Shown here one piece after another: positions 13,008 through 27,628 of a stretch of DNA of 64,000 nt. The position numbers were made by a program, and so were the translations under genes. Each line of letters begins with the position of its first letter. Position 1 is the first letter of the stretch. Source of the stretch: Euprymna scolopes (taxonomy: Eukaryota); NCBI GenBank assembly GCA_053919585.1, contig CM132815.1; one strand, written 5' to 3'. The notes under the pieces were generated by a model that worked only from the letters and a program-made list of their open reading frames with translations, ran no database searches and was not told the DNA's origin.

Positions 13008-14281
13008 CTGCAGGAATAAAAACAAATTCAAGAAATTAGGTTTTTGAATTTTTGACATTGATATATTTGGATTCTTTGGATTTCTCAGCCTATCAGCCAT
13101 GATTAGGTAGAAGTCCTGAATAATTCGCAATTGCATTTTTGAATGTGGAAAATCCAAATAATACAAAATATACGAAAACTTGAAAAATGTTAAATAATTA
13201 TTAATAAAAACCATAAGAATTATATTCATATAAAGTTCGATATGCATCTATGTTTATAAATTTGTATACAAAGGATTCGATCCTAAGTTAGTTATGGTAG
13301 TCCATCCGTGTGGATGATGACGTCTGCATTCATTTATTTATTTACTCCATTGTTGACTGAAGCCCAATGCGTGATCTACACTGCTTTGTACAGATAAAGC
13401 ACAGGAAGACAGGATTTAGGTTTTTGTTGCAATATTTTTGACTAATAATGAGGGTAGAATGGTCCCTGACAGTTGGGAGATTCTATTTATAAACACTGCT
13501 GCTAGGAATTGACGAATCACATTAATTCATGTTCTGCTACCAACCAATCAGAAACCAGAATTGCTCCATAAAAATTAAACCTTTTTTTTTTTTAGCAACC
13601 TTGCATGTGTTTTCTTCGTGTCAACACCGGAAGAATCTTTTGCTCTCTGGATTCCAACTCAAGAACTGTCTACTGAGAACCTGTCATCTCCAGGAATTGT
13701 CTAGAACAACTAACCATCGGAAACTGTTCTGTCTACCGAGTGGAGTATTCAGCACCACACATGGCACGGATCAAGAGCATGTCACGCAGATCACAGTGTC
13801 TGATGAAGACGAAATCGAGAAGGTGATAGTGTTTAGATAGATCGAAATATATACTAGCAGAAGATCTGATGTTGCCCGGGATTAAATGAGATAGATGGAA
13901 ATATATACTAGCAGAAGATCTGATGTTGCCCGGGATTAAATGACATAGACGGAAATATATACTAGCAGAAGACCTGATGTTGCCCAGCATTAAATGAGAT
14001 AGATGGAAATATATACTAGCAGAAGATCTGACGTTGCCTGGGGTTAAATGAGGGGCCTCAGAAATGGCTGAAACACTTTACGATCTCAAAATTACTTTAT
14101 TTTATGTATATTTTTAACAGGGGTGAAGGGAAATATTAAATCAGTTTCAGAAATGGCTGAAACCGTTTATGATCTCACAATTACTTTATTTCTTGTATAT
14201 TTTTAACAATGGGGAGGAGGATATGGAGTCAGTCAGTCCTGAAAATGGCTGAAGCAGTTTACGATTTCCAAATTACTTTAA

Positions 14282-14319
<38 letters not shown>

Positions 14320-17300
14320 GTGTTCTGTGAAGGTTAACTGGCCAGTTTCTGTAGGGAGTGATCCATATTTTTCTGAATTTTCAATGTCATCATCCGGAAA
14401 TGATGTCACAGTGGGTAGAAAGAAGCATGATTATGGTGCTTTTAAACATGCTCTGAAGTTCTCTAGGGATTACCAAACCATCTCTTTTGGGGTGCAGTTG
14501 AAGAGAGTAATGTCCATTTTGGGGTCACAAAGTAATCTTCCACAATGTCATATTCCAAAAATAAAGAATACCTGCGATATCATATTCTGGAAATGACATC
14601 ATTTCTCTCACTATTATGTTGTCGGTGGTGGGGTGGGAAGAGCTCCGTTAATTGGACCATGACGACACAGATGTTATGATGTTGCAAGTTTAGTTTTTCA
14701 AACCGAAAGAATGAAACGACGGTTCTCGTATGCACAGTTTTATCTGACCCCCAACTTTAAAGAAAATGACATTTCTACATGAAATAATTGATGTTCTTAT
14801 CCAATTTTTCGATATTATGTGTCTGAGAGATCACTCTTTCTAATGGTACCACGTTCGTGTGCATGATGCGGATGACAAACGTTTTTAATGGACATATGAA
14901 CACACACACACACACAGACGTTTGCCCTTTATATAATAGACTTGCTTGGGACCATATAAAACAATGAGAAAATTTAAGTTACTTTTGAATATATTTGCTA
15001 TATTCTTAGGATAGAGGAATTTTTGATGCCTATGTATCATTTGCTATCTCAAGCAAACGAATATTTTACCTACCCTACGCCGAGTATTACACATGTATCA
15101 CATAATTGTACCTTCCCTAGGGTTGGTAATTTACAGCACATATATGAAACAATTTTACCTTTGCTAGGACGGGTAACGTACAACACATATTTAAAATAAT
15201 TTTTCCTACCTTCAGACGGGTAATGTAAATACATATATGAAACAATTTAACAGATTCTCGACAGGTATTGTGTAACATATATGGTTTCATATTTCGGTTC
15301 ATGTTTAGTGACTTCCATTCCACATTTAGATAAACTGAGTCCACTTCTGGTGTCTTAGCTTTAAGTACTAAATGTTTGGACCTAACCAAACAGTTTTTGA
15401 ATCATCAACGATTCTATGGAATAACTCTGAGAATACTTCAGAAAATATGGAGAAGGAAAGTCCAGATAAGACTTTGGTCCATCCTTATGTTGTCACAACT
15501 GACTTATGTTCTTATTATGCAAACAAAACACAAACTTATTTTAAATTCAACAACAAATATTAAAACAGGTTCAGTTTTCCTATGAGCAAAACCATCGATC
15601 TGGATCTATGGCAGAATTCATTAAGCCAGAATCAAGTGAATTTTCAGAATTTATAGAATAATATATTCAATTATTCTTACAATCAAACAACATCACAGCT
15701 CACACAAACCATGAAATTCACAGACCAGAAGTTCTAGATTCGAGTTTTGCTCTCATTTGGGCTCATCAGTGGAACATATCTGAACTCAGGGTTTAAAACC
15801 CGAGTGCAAGGCGAGTATCCTGTCACATCAGCAACCATGCCACATACAAGAAAGTTCATTGCAAATCAAACGAGTCTCATTATGGAATGTACCTACTACT
15901 TCTAAACAAGGTGTGTAGTAGTCATCGAACTACTAAGAACCTAAGTCGATATCTCATAAGTAGGATTTTACACTTCCTAGGACAATGTCATCCAACAAGC
16001 TAACCCAGCGAACAAATTAATATCAGATATTTTCATATACAACTATTTCCACATTCAAACAATGTCATAATTCACACAAGTAATGAAAGCCGAAAACCAG
16101 AAGTCCTAGACACAGGATTCAAAGCCAGAGTTACTTACATGCGAGGAAAGAATCCTGTCATCGTAGCCACCATGACACATAAAAAAAAAAATCAAATACA
16201 GTAGAACCCCGGGATTTGGCATTAATCCATTCTGGGGTTGAGATCGTAAAGTGAAATCGCCATATGGCAGGGCCTAAGCAAAATTTTATGCAGTACATAT
16301 TAAAAATTAGGAACAAAATACAGTACAGTATATAATACACATGTATATAATCAAATAACATTATAAATAACACCTAAAGTCATGGCAAATATTATAACCA
16401 GGGGCTGGAAAAACATTGTATTCCATATCGTACGTAACCTGAAAAAAAAAAAAAAAAAACATATCTTAGGGCCACCGTATCCTGGGGTTCTATTGTAATA
16501 TATTTTCTGGTGTTTTACTTTGTGTATTTTTTTAAATTTCTAGAACCTGGCTATTTCAAATATAGATTACCTAAAAATACTATGTATATTTCAGTTACAT
16601 TGAGGTTTCTCTCCAATATATATAAAGAAAAACTTTGCAAAAAACCAGACCCCCGCCCCTTCCCAACATTCCATAAATTTTTACACAAAGAATCTAAAAC
16701 TGAGTATTTCCTAGACATTCTAGAATTCATTGAAGAGGATCACAAACTATCTAACATTCTAGGTCCTTATTTATTATATTCAGATAACTATCTCGGCAAA
16801 CCAACCAACAAAAAAGATTACATGAATTTATATTCCCACTATAAAAATAAATATTAAAGAAACAAAAAAATAGATTAAAAAATTTTTTACTTAAAAAATT
16901 TTAAAAATAGCAAAAAGATTCTAAAAAAAAAGGGAAAAGATTTTTAAAAAATAATAAATCAAAAATTTATAAAAAAACAAAAATATAAATAAAAAATCAA
17001 AAAGAAAAAATTCAAAAAGAAAAAATAGAAATAGTAAGAAAAAAAATACAACAAATAGTAGTAAGATAAAGAAAGAAGACCAAATGTGACAATCATAATG
17101 AAATAAAAACACTCCGTAAAAAAAAAAAATAAATAATTTTTTTCAATAACAACAACGCATCTCAGAGATATCATTAAATATTTAATTTTTTTTTACCTGA
17201 ATGTTCTCTTCCTTGGAATGTGATGCCAACATCTTTAAGAGCACCATTTAATCCTTCAGGTTTGCGTCCATAAAATTTCTGTTATTGGAAATAAAAATAA

Positions 17301-20300
17301 AATCAATTTTGATTTGTTGGTATTGGTTGTTTCCTTTTTATCTAGTTTCTTTTCATGGGTGTGTAATCATTTGTACCAGAAGAAAAAAAAGGAAACATTT
17401 CTATTTTTACTGCTATTTAATAGGACCCTACGATGACGGTAGAGTTAACTAGTAGATATAAACACATTAGAAATCCAAGTCAAGTAGATATATGGATATA
17501 TTATGTCAGAAATAAGTTTTTAACTAAGAAGTTACTAAGGGCAGATGGCCAGTGTTGATAGGCATGGGCTATGAAAGGTCACATCAAAAGTTTAACAGTG
17601 CTGGAGGGCTGATTTGTAGGAACAAAATGTTAAAAGAGATGATTTGAAAAGGGAGAAAATAAAACAATGTTTTTCTTTTAGATGGAGGTCACCACTTATC
17701 AAGGCCCAGAAGCCACTCGGCGATAAGGGTTATTGCGTAATCAATGGGATAGTATCGTAGTAATCGTTAGTATTGGAGATTTGTTAAAGTGTCTTACTTT
17801 AGTGTGTGTGTGGGGGGGGTTTCATCAGAAATTTGTTTCTGTTGGCCTTGATAACATCCAAGTTGTAGTCAGGTGGGAAACAGGCAAACGGAAGAGAGTT
17901 CCACAGGTGTACACTTCTAAGAAAGAAGCTTTGTTCATGGAATCTACGTTGTGATTTAGGCACAGATAAAGAGTGGGGAAAATTAATGACAGTGGTTTCA
18001 GCTAGACGGGTAATTCAAACGGGTAATTTACAATGCTTTACTTCTTATTGTCATGCGAGGATATATTTTCCTCTTTAAAAAAAAAAATGAAGAAATTACA
18101 ATTTCTTACATAAATAATATTATAATTATCCAAATATAATAAATCTAAGATATAATAAAAATATTTATTAATATAATTAAATATTATAATAATATAATAA
18201 TACTTAAAATATTATATAATTAAATAAAATATAAAACATAATAAAAATATTTATTGATAGAATTAAATATTATAATAACATAATAATACTTAAAATATTA
18301 TATAACTAGCATTTCAGCCCGGGTGTTTGGAGGTGTATGTTGAGCAAAAAAAAAAACAAAAGACAGAAAAAAAAGAAAAAAAAAAGTCAATTTTTTAAAA
18401 ACTTTGACCCCTATTATGACCCCGTTAACATTTATTGTTTTGGACTGAAATCAAGTTATTAAGTTAAATCGATGTCCAAAGAACCTATATCTAAAATTTC
18501 AAGTGTTTAGACCAAAAATTGTCGGAGAAGTTTGGCAGAGTTCTCAAAGGTCAAATCGTTGAACTTTGACCCCTTAACAGCCAAATTTCTGGCCGAAAAC
18601 CAATTACAAAGATTTTCCCAAACCTCACTGTCATGTATATCAAATTTCGAGTCTTTAGCTCGAAAATTGACAGAGTTATTGCATAGGGAAATGTAGACAG
18701 ACAGACAGACACACACACTTTTATAGATATATAGATAAAATATAATAAATAGATATAAATAATAAATAAATAAAAAATAATAATAAAATATTATATAGTA
18801 TAATATTAAAAATATTACTTTACAATTAGAATATAAAAATGTTCTGGACTGAAAGTGTTCTATTTTAGTTGATTCTAGAATATTCTTCAGTTGTCGAATG
18901 TGTTTGGTATTTGGTTATGATTAATGAACCGCTCTGAGAAAGGACGAACCTGGGTGACCTCTCAAATCGTAACTCTGACCGAGACACATGGAATGAAGAA
19001 ATCCCAGTCATAAAGAGAAAACTGAATGACAAGCCTAAAGAAAAAAAACATCCTAACCCAGATAACAGACAAATCTTGGAAAACAGATTTTCTGAATCTT
19101 AATTTGACCAAAGAAATATATCTTTAAATGTTATAAAAGTATAAATATTAGACCCATAGCATAAAACTAGTACCAAAAACCTGGATTATTTCCCTTCGAC
19201 CATCTTGTGCCTGTAAATTGATTTATATTTTCTTTTCTGCTTTCAATAAATTGAAATAAATTCTCTTTTTTTTCTTTTTAATCTTTCTTTAATTAATATA
19301 TAGGTTGCTGTGTATTACCCCTAGACAAAACACAATAACATGATACAGTATAACTCCTATAATTTGAACATCCGCTTCATTCAAATTAGAGGATGCTGTT
19401 CAAGTTTCGTGATAAAAAAAATGTGTTGCAGTTAACTTTAATTTTCTAAGAATTAAGAAATAGTAAATGAATTTCATTGCTATATGATACTTCAAGTATA
19501 TATTAAGTTGAGTTTACGATATATTGCAAGTAAGAATTGTTAAATATTATTACCAGGAATAAAAACAATGTAAAATAAATTAAATCTACTCTTATTTGTT
19601 AGGTATTTATTACCTAAGTTATCATCTACAGAAATCATACAGTTTTTTATTTATTCATTGAATGAGTCTCATTGCAGTTTCCATTTTCATCAATTGAGCT
19701 TTTTTTTTTTTTACACAGTGATCACCACTTATCAAGGCCCGGAAGCCACTCAGGGATAAGGGTTATTGCAAGTACATTACGTTAGTGTGGAGATTTGATG
19801 AAGTGTTTACTTAAGGGGGCGGTTCATTAGGAATTTGTTAACGTTGGACTTGAAGACATCCAAGTTGTAGTCAGGTGGGAAGTAGGCAGACGGAACAGAG
19901 TTCCACAGGCGTGCAGTTCTAAGAAAGAAGCTTTGTTCATGGAATCCGCGTTTTGATTTAGGCACAGATAAAGAGTGGGGGAAACTTTTCACAGTGGATT
20001 CAGCTAGACGGGTGTTTTTCGTGAAAGATTGGCGAGGGGGGACCAGAGATTGGAGTTCAGACGAGCACCTGCCATGGAAATAACGATAAAACAAGGATAG
20101 GCTTGCAACGTCTCTTTTGTGCGAGAGAATTTGCAGGGTAGAGAAAAGGGCATCCCCCACTAAGCCACGAAGTCTATTTTGTACTCTGTCAAGGCAGGAT
20201 AGGCTGTTTTTAGCAGCTCCTACCCAGATATGGCAACAGTATTCCATCCTTGGACGTACTTGGCTTTTAACGTTCTTGGTTATTTACATTAGGGTCAAGA

Positions 20301-23300
20301 GAATGGGAGCTGTTGCTATTTTCATCACCATTACTGCCTTCAGGATATTGATCAGTAGTTTCCTCATCTTGTTGCACCCACATTTCAACATCATTTGCAT
20401 TAAGTGATTTAAGAACAGCGTGGTTGGTCGGTAACCGTTTGGTTTCAAGAATTTTTTCTAGACCAGATGTATTCTCTGATTCTTTCAGTTCAGAAGCTTT
20501 TGGCTTTGGGCATAATTACCCCATACTTTTGTTAATGTGCTTGCTCGAACTTTATTCCATGCACTTGCGAGAGAAAATATGGCATCTTTGATAGTAAAAT
20601 GGCGCTGAATATCGCTTATACTCACGGTACTATTTATCATATTCATCATGATAATAATTTCTGTCGAAACATTTTAAGTTCCAAATAATCCCTTGATCTA
20701 TAGGTTCGATGACACTAATTCTGACTCAGGAGGATGTACTCTACAATTGTCCAACAGAAGCAAGCACTTTGAATCAGGTTTACCTAATTCAAGAAAACGT
20801 CTCTGGACAACTGGCACAAATTCTTGCAAAAAACATTTTTTAAACAACTGTTGATTCATCCATCCATTTCGTGAAGAATAATAGGATACTGGCAAAGGCG
20901 AAACTCCTTTCAATGCTCGGGGACACTTTGATTTGCCGATGACAAGAAGCTTAAGTTAATGAGTTCCAGAAGCATTAGCGCATACCATCACTGTTAGTCT
21001 TTTTTTTATTTAATTTGAATCCTTTTATTTTCTGCTCCTTGGATCCGGCTAATGTTTTTGTAGGTAAGCACTTCCAATTTACGCCACTTTCATCAGCGTT
21101 GTAAACATCCTCTGGTGTTAAACCATAATCGGCAATTATCGTCTTGAATTTGTCACAATAATTTGATGCTGCGTTTGTATCAGCAGACTGTTGTTTGCCT
21201 GACATTATATCTGACTAAACTATGCAAACAGTTTTACTGCAACTCTGCATCAAATATGCTAATACAATTTCAATGACGAGACAGTTCAAGTTTAGAGAAA
21301 GTCCAGGTTTAGAAGAATTCTAAATGAGAGGAAGTCCAACTTTAGTTCAAATATAAGGAGTTTTATATATATATATATAAGCCTGACAGATCCTGGCGTG
21401 GATGAAACATGGAATAATCTGTACAGCTTAATTGCTATATACATATATATATATTTACAAGATGGTCACCACTTATCAAGGCCCGGAAGCCACTCAAGGA
21501 TAAGAGTTATTGTAAGTACAGTACGTTAGTGTGGAGATTTAATAAAGTGTCTACTTAAGGGGCGGTTCATTAGGAATTTGTTTATGTTGGACTTGAAGAC
21601 ATCCAGGTTGTAGTCAGGTGGGACGCCGGCAGACGGAACAGAGTTCCACAGGTATGCACTTCTAAGAAAGAAGCTTTGTTCATGGAATCCACGTTTTGAT
21701 TTAGGCACAGATAAAGTGTGGGGAAAGTTTTTGACAGTGGATTCAGCTAGACGGGTGTTTTTTGTAAAAGATTGGCGAGGGGGGGGGGCCAGAGATTGGA
21801 GTTCAGACGAGCACCTTCCATGGAAAAAAACGATAAAACAAAGATAGGCTTGCACATCATCAACGTTCTGATCCCCATCTGGCATCAATTAAAATGAATA
21901 ACTCTCGTCTTGGGGAGGCCTCAAGTTTTGACAGGCTTCTGGGCTTGACCTTTACTCCTGATCTTAAATGGAATACGTACATCAAATCTGTTGCCAAGGC
22001 CGCTGGAAAAATGGTCGGATCCTTCTATAGAGCCAGTAGATATCTCACTGCTGATGTAATTCTCTATCTATATAAGAGCCAGATACGTCCAAGGATGGAA
22101 TACTGTTGCCACATATGGGCAGGAGCTGCTAGAAAAGACTTGTCCTGCCTTGATAGGGTTCAAAATAGACTTCGTGGCCTGGTGGGAGATGTCCTTTTCT
22201 CTTCGCTGCAACCTCTATCTCACAGAAGAGATGTTGCGAGTTTGTCTCTGCTTTATCGTTATTTTCATGGAAAGTGTTCGACTGAGCTTCAATCTATGGT
22301 CCCTCCTCGCCAAACTTTCACAAGAAACACTAGACTAGCTGAAAGCATTATCAATAATTTTCCCCACTCTTTATCTGTGCCTAAACCTAAACATAGATTC
22401 CATGATCAAAGCTTCTTTCTTAGAACTGCATGCCTGTGGAATTGTCTTCCGTTTTCCTGCTTTCCAGCTGTCTATAATATGGTTGTCTTCAAGTCCAATG
22501 TGAACAAGTTTCTGATGAGCCGTTCCACTTAAGTTAACAAATTTACCGAACTTCCATTACTATTGATTACTATATTGTCCTTTTGACTACTCTACACTCT
22601 TTAACCCTTATCATTGAGTGGCCTATCGGCCTTGATAAGTGGTGCCGCCTATGTAAAAAAAAAACAAAAAAAACATCCCTTCTGTGGGAGAGAGGTTGCA
22701 GGGAAGAGAAAAGGGCCTCCCCACTAAGCCACAAAGTCTATTTTGTACTCTGTCAAGGCAGGATAGGCTGTTTTTAGCAGCTTCTGCCAAGATATGGCAG
22801 CAGTATTCCATTCTTGGACGTACTTGGCTTTTATATAGATAGAGAACTGCATCAGTAGTGAGATATCTTGTGGAGCGGTAGAACGATCTCACCATCTTTC
22901 CAGCGACCTTGGCAACAGACTTGATGTACGTGTTCCATTTCAGATCAGGAGTGAAGGTCAAGCCCAGAACCTTGTCAAAACATGGGGCTTCTCCTAGACG
23001 AGAGCCATCCATTTTAATTGATGCCAGATGGGGATCAGAGCGTTGATGATGTAAAGATAGGAGTTTGGTTTTAGATGTATTAAAGGTAACCAGCCACGTC
23101 TTCCCCCACTGAACCACTCATTCGAGATCAGAGGAGAGAGAATCAGAGAGAGCTTTGTCATCTACAGCCTTTGATGTGTTGCCGTAGATGGTCATGTCAT
23201 CAGCATAGATGTCAACGAATGATTTAAGTATGTGTTTAGGGAGATCATTGATGTAGATCAGGAAGAGAGTTGGGCCCAGGATTGACCCTTGAAGGACTCA

Positions 23301-24249
23301 AGCATTAATACTACAGACCTCTGATTTTTGTCTATCAACCACTACTCTTATGAGCCTGTCAGAGAGAAATGATTTAATGATAGAATGAATATTTCCAGTT
23401 ATACCATAGCTGGAAATCTTGTGAAGTAGGCCTTTATGCCATACCTTGTTGAAGGCCTTTGATATGTTAAGAGCAATTGCCCTAGAAAGGAAGCCTTTGT
23501 CAAGAGATTCACTAATCCTATGAGATATAACCGTTAGCACATCTGCGGTAGATCTTGAAGAGCGGAAACCATATTGCGTGTCACTAAGGTTATTTCTGCT
23601 GAGGTGGTTGACTATTTCTCTATTTAATATGGATTCCAGCAGCTTACTCATGACACACAGCAGACTTATTGGTCTGTACTGAGAGGGAGATGACTTATCA
23701 CCTGAGTTCTTAAATACAGGGCATACTGATGAGGTTTTCCAGGGTGTTGGAAAGCACTTCTCCATAAGGCAACGCTTATTTATATTTTTATAACTTATAT
23801 ATATATATATATATATATATATTACTATCCATTATCTATTTGCCTTTCTGGTACCTAAGATACTTCAGCTTTTATGCATTTTTATTCTCATAGCATTTAT
23901 ATGCTAGTTAATATGTTGCATAAAAGATCTTGTAATTTTGTTAAATTTACTTATTAATAGTTTTCTTTTTCTTTATATACATATATTATTATAAATAGTA
24001 ACCGTATTATTCTACAATTTCTAATTTGGGAAGAGGTATTATCCACTGGAGAGCCATGTACTGAATAGCTGTCCTGTTTTTAAATCTCCAAAACAGCTAT
24101 ATGGTAAGCAACTGAGGATCCCCGTTTTCTATTTACAAAATTTTAGTTATGGTTTCTCTTTTCATCTTATGCAGTAGGTTAAATTTTTTTTTCTGAGAAT
24201 TTAAACTGCATTCTTTCTTCTTATTTAAATTTTTTTTCAAAGCTTCTTT

Positions 24250-24294
<45 letters not shown>

Positions 24295-27200
24295 CATATA
24301 CATACAAGTCACCCACAGATAGACTATTTGGTGATATCACAGCTCTTCAGTGTAGCTAGACTGTTTGCCAATTAAACATATGAAGAAAAGATCTTACCTT
24401 ATACGTGGCTCGCAAATCAATCCACTGGTTTAATTCTGGCGGCTTTCGGATCTGTTTTCGTCTGCATTCATTTTTTAAGCACATGCCTAAATCCCAATCT
24501 GGCAAAAAAACAATGTTTATTGTCTTTGTTGCAACTCATCCTCTGGCCTTCTTCAGGTGATTAACTGCGATGGGATAAGAATGTTGAGTCTCATAACTGT
24601 ATTCTCAATATCTTCCATAATTGTTGTGATTTCACCACATTTTGGCCAACGAGTGACCACTCCTACCCAAGATAGGTCAAAACATGGTAAGACAACCACA
24701 ACTATGGAAGGCAGTAATTACTGGGGATACAGTTATGAGACTCCGCATTCCTATCCAGTCACGAATAAGGCCAGAGGATGAGTTGGCCGAAACGTGGTGA
24801 AACAACAATAACTATGGAAATTAGGATAACAGTCCGTAAAAAAAAAAATGAATAAACTGAAACTACTTGATCAATTTATATGATTTTTGGAATATGATAT
24901 TTTCTTTACATTATGGCTACACATGTTTCTTTATTTTTGGTTTTTACTATAGGGAACATTCTGAACAAGCAAAAGAAATTTTTTCCATTTAAAACCTTTT
25001 TTTTTTTTTTTTCAATAAAAAATTTTTTTTTTTTTTTCAATAAAAAAATTTTTTTTTTTTCAATAAAAAAATTTTTTTTTTTTTACCTGACCATGTAATG
25101 AAACAGCAAAGATTAGAATTTTGTTCTGGTGTTGAAAAATATTGAATATTTTTTTCTTTGTATAATTTTTCTAACCACTGGCTGAAACGTTTCAAACAAA
25201 ACTGTAATGGGATGCCGTCATCAACTTGTTTCTGAAAAGTAAAAATTGATATAATAATATCAAAAGGTAAAAATTGATATAATAATATTATTAATGCTTA
25301 TATTCAGACATGTTTGCTTGCTTGTTCATATTCAACTATTGTAAGGTCATTCCAGATTAAACAGTTTTTAAAATTTCTTTCTTCCATGTTTTCTTTTAAG
25401 ATAGAAGCATAGATTTACAGTTTTATTTTTAGACTTAAAGAAAAATCACTAGAGATTGGAAGAGCCTAACTAGAAAATATATATTAAAAAGAAAGCTTTC
25501 TATATTATTCATTTGGTCAAAAAAGAAATAAATTTTCTATAAAATCATGACTATATGTTGTTAAATCGTATGAAATGTTTATTTGCTTATTCATCTTTAA
25601 CAACCTTTCAACCATTATAAAATCATTCCAGATTAAACATTTTTTAAATTTTTTTCCAGAATCATTTTTTTAATTTTTTTTATTTATTTGCTTTAAGAAT
25701 CAGTTTTTACAATGTTTTTTTTTTGTGTGAACATGGTTTTAGAGTGTGGACTTTGATTAAAGATACATATATATATATATATATATTTTAGATAGAAGTG
25801 TACATTTACAATTTTACTTTTAGACTCAAAGAAAAACCACTAGAGATTGAAAGAGCCTAACTATAAAATATATATTAAAAAGAAAACTTCTTATATTACA
25901 CAGTGGAGCAATAAAATTGTCACCATAGAAAAGACGACATGATTCCATTTCCATTTGATAAAAACCAGTTTTCTTTTCCATCTTTTAGTTAACCAGTTGT
26001 GTACAAATCCCAAGAGCAACAGGAGCCTTCTATCATGTCTGAAAGTGACACAATGCTCAACGAGCGAGATCAAAGATACGCTGTACAACTCATGCTCTCT
26101 ACCAATCCAAGTTATGACAACAGGACCATTGCCAGCACCCTCAAAATGCATTGCTGGATTGCCATGAATAACAGGGACGTGCCCAGGTTGATGAAGACAA
26201 AGTTTCTGGCCACGGTTATGGTCTTTGGTGTGGTTTCAAGTGAAGATCACATTATGCCACCTTACATCTTGAAAGTCGGCTTGAAAGTTAACACTAAAGT
26301 ATACCTGGATGTGCTGAAGAGGGTAGTGATCCTCTCGTGCAATCAAGTGACTGCTAGCAAACCCTGGGTATGGTAGCAGGACTTGGCGTTGGCCCACAAG
26401 TTCAGAGACCTAGGCTTGGCTTCAGAAGGAGTACTACAACTTGGTAACTTTCTGCCACTTAACCTCCTCCTCCTCCTTTCCCGGCCTGAACCTACTGGAC
26501 TACTTCGTTTGGGTCATACACCAAGAACATCACAAACATGACCTCCCACAACAAATCCAGCCTGATCACCACCATCTGCTGAGTATTCGCCGAGCTTTCG
26601 CCAGTGCTTGTAGAAAAGGCATGCTTTCCAGTTTCAAACCCGTATCGAGGTGGTGATTGAGGCTGAAGGCGGCTACATTGAATAGATGACAGTTCTACTA
26701 CATAATCAAGTTACCTGAATTGATTTTTTTTTCAATAAAATTTTTTTAAATAAATCTGTAGCGTTGTTTTCTTTAGGGCGACAATTTTATCGTTCCACCC
26801 TGTATAATCTATTTGGGAAGAAAAAAAGAAAAATCAAGATCTTCATTTTTTAGAAGAATCAGATACAATAATACAGTTACGGATAATTTGTGTATGATGT
26901 GACCAGTCAAGTGATTGGATTGGACCTCTCTGATATTTGTCAAAAATTGACAGGAGTTTGGTAGAGATGATTCCNNNNNNNNNNNNNNNNNNNNNNNNNN
27001 NNNNNNNNNNNNNNNNNNNNNNNNNNNNNNNNNNNNNNNNNNNNNNNNNNNNNNNNNNNNNNNNNNNNNNNNNNNNNNNNNNNNNNNNNNNNNNNNNNNN
27101 NNNNNNNNNNNNNNNNNNNNNNNNNNNNNNNNTTTTGTGAATTATTCCATGGATTTCTGCCTTTGGATTATTATGGACCATCTTCTTCCAATTACGGGAT

Positions 27201-27583
27201 TTCCTTGGATTTTACTTGTACAAATGGAAATTCTTTTAACTTTCTTGAAGTTTTACATTTGGATTTTACTGTCACTGGATTTTTTATCTTCCACCAGACT
27301 ATCCATTAATGTGTAATCACCTTTTTCTTTACCATATTCCCTCTGCTTAACTTATTTTGTTTTCAAGTAAGATCTTTGACTTATTTGTTGTTTCATCAAA
27401 TACTTCTGCATGCAAAATCCGATCCTGCATTTTGCTAATTCCTACCCTCTGATGAGAAGGAGAGTATTTCTTCGAAACTCCGCGGATTAAGGACTATCCA
27501 TTTATCTAGTGTTTCCTTTTCAGATTAAATATGTTTTTAACTCATTTCAAAGTGTTTTTTTAACATATTTCATTAACTGTTTG

Positions 27584-27628
<45 letters not shown>

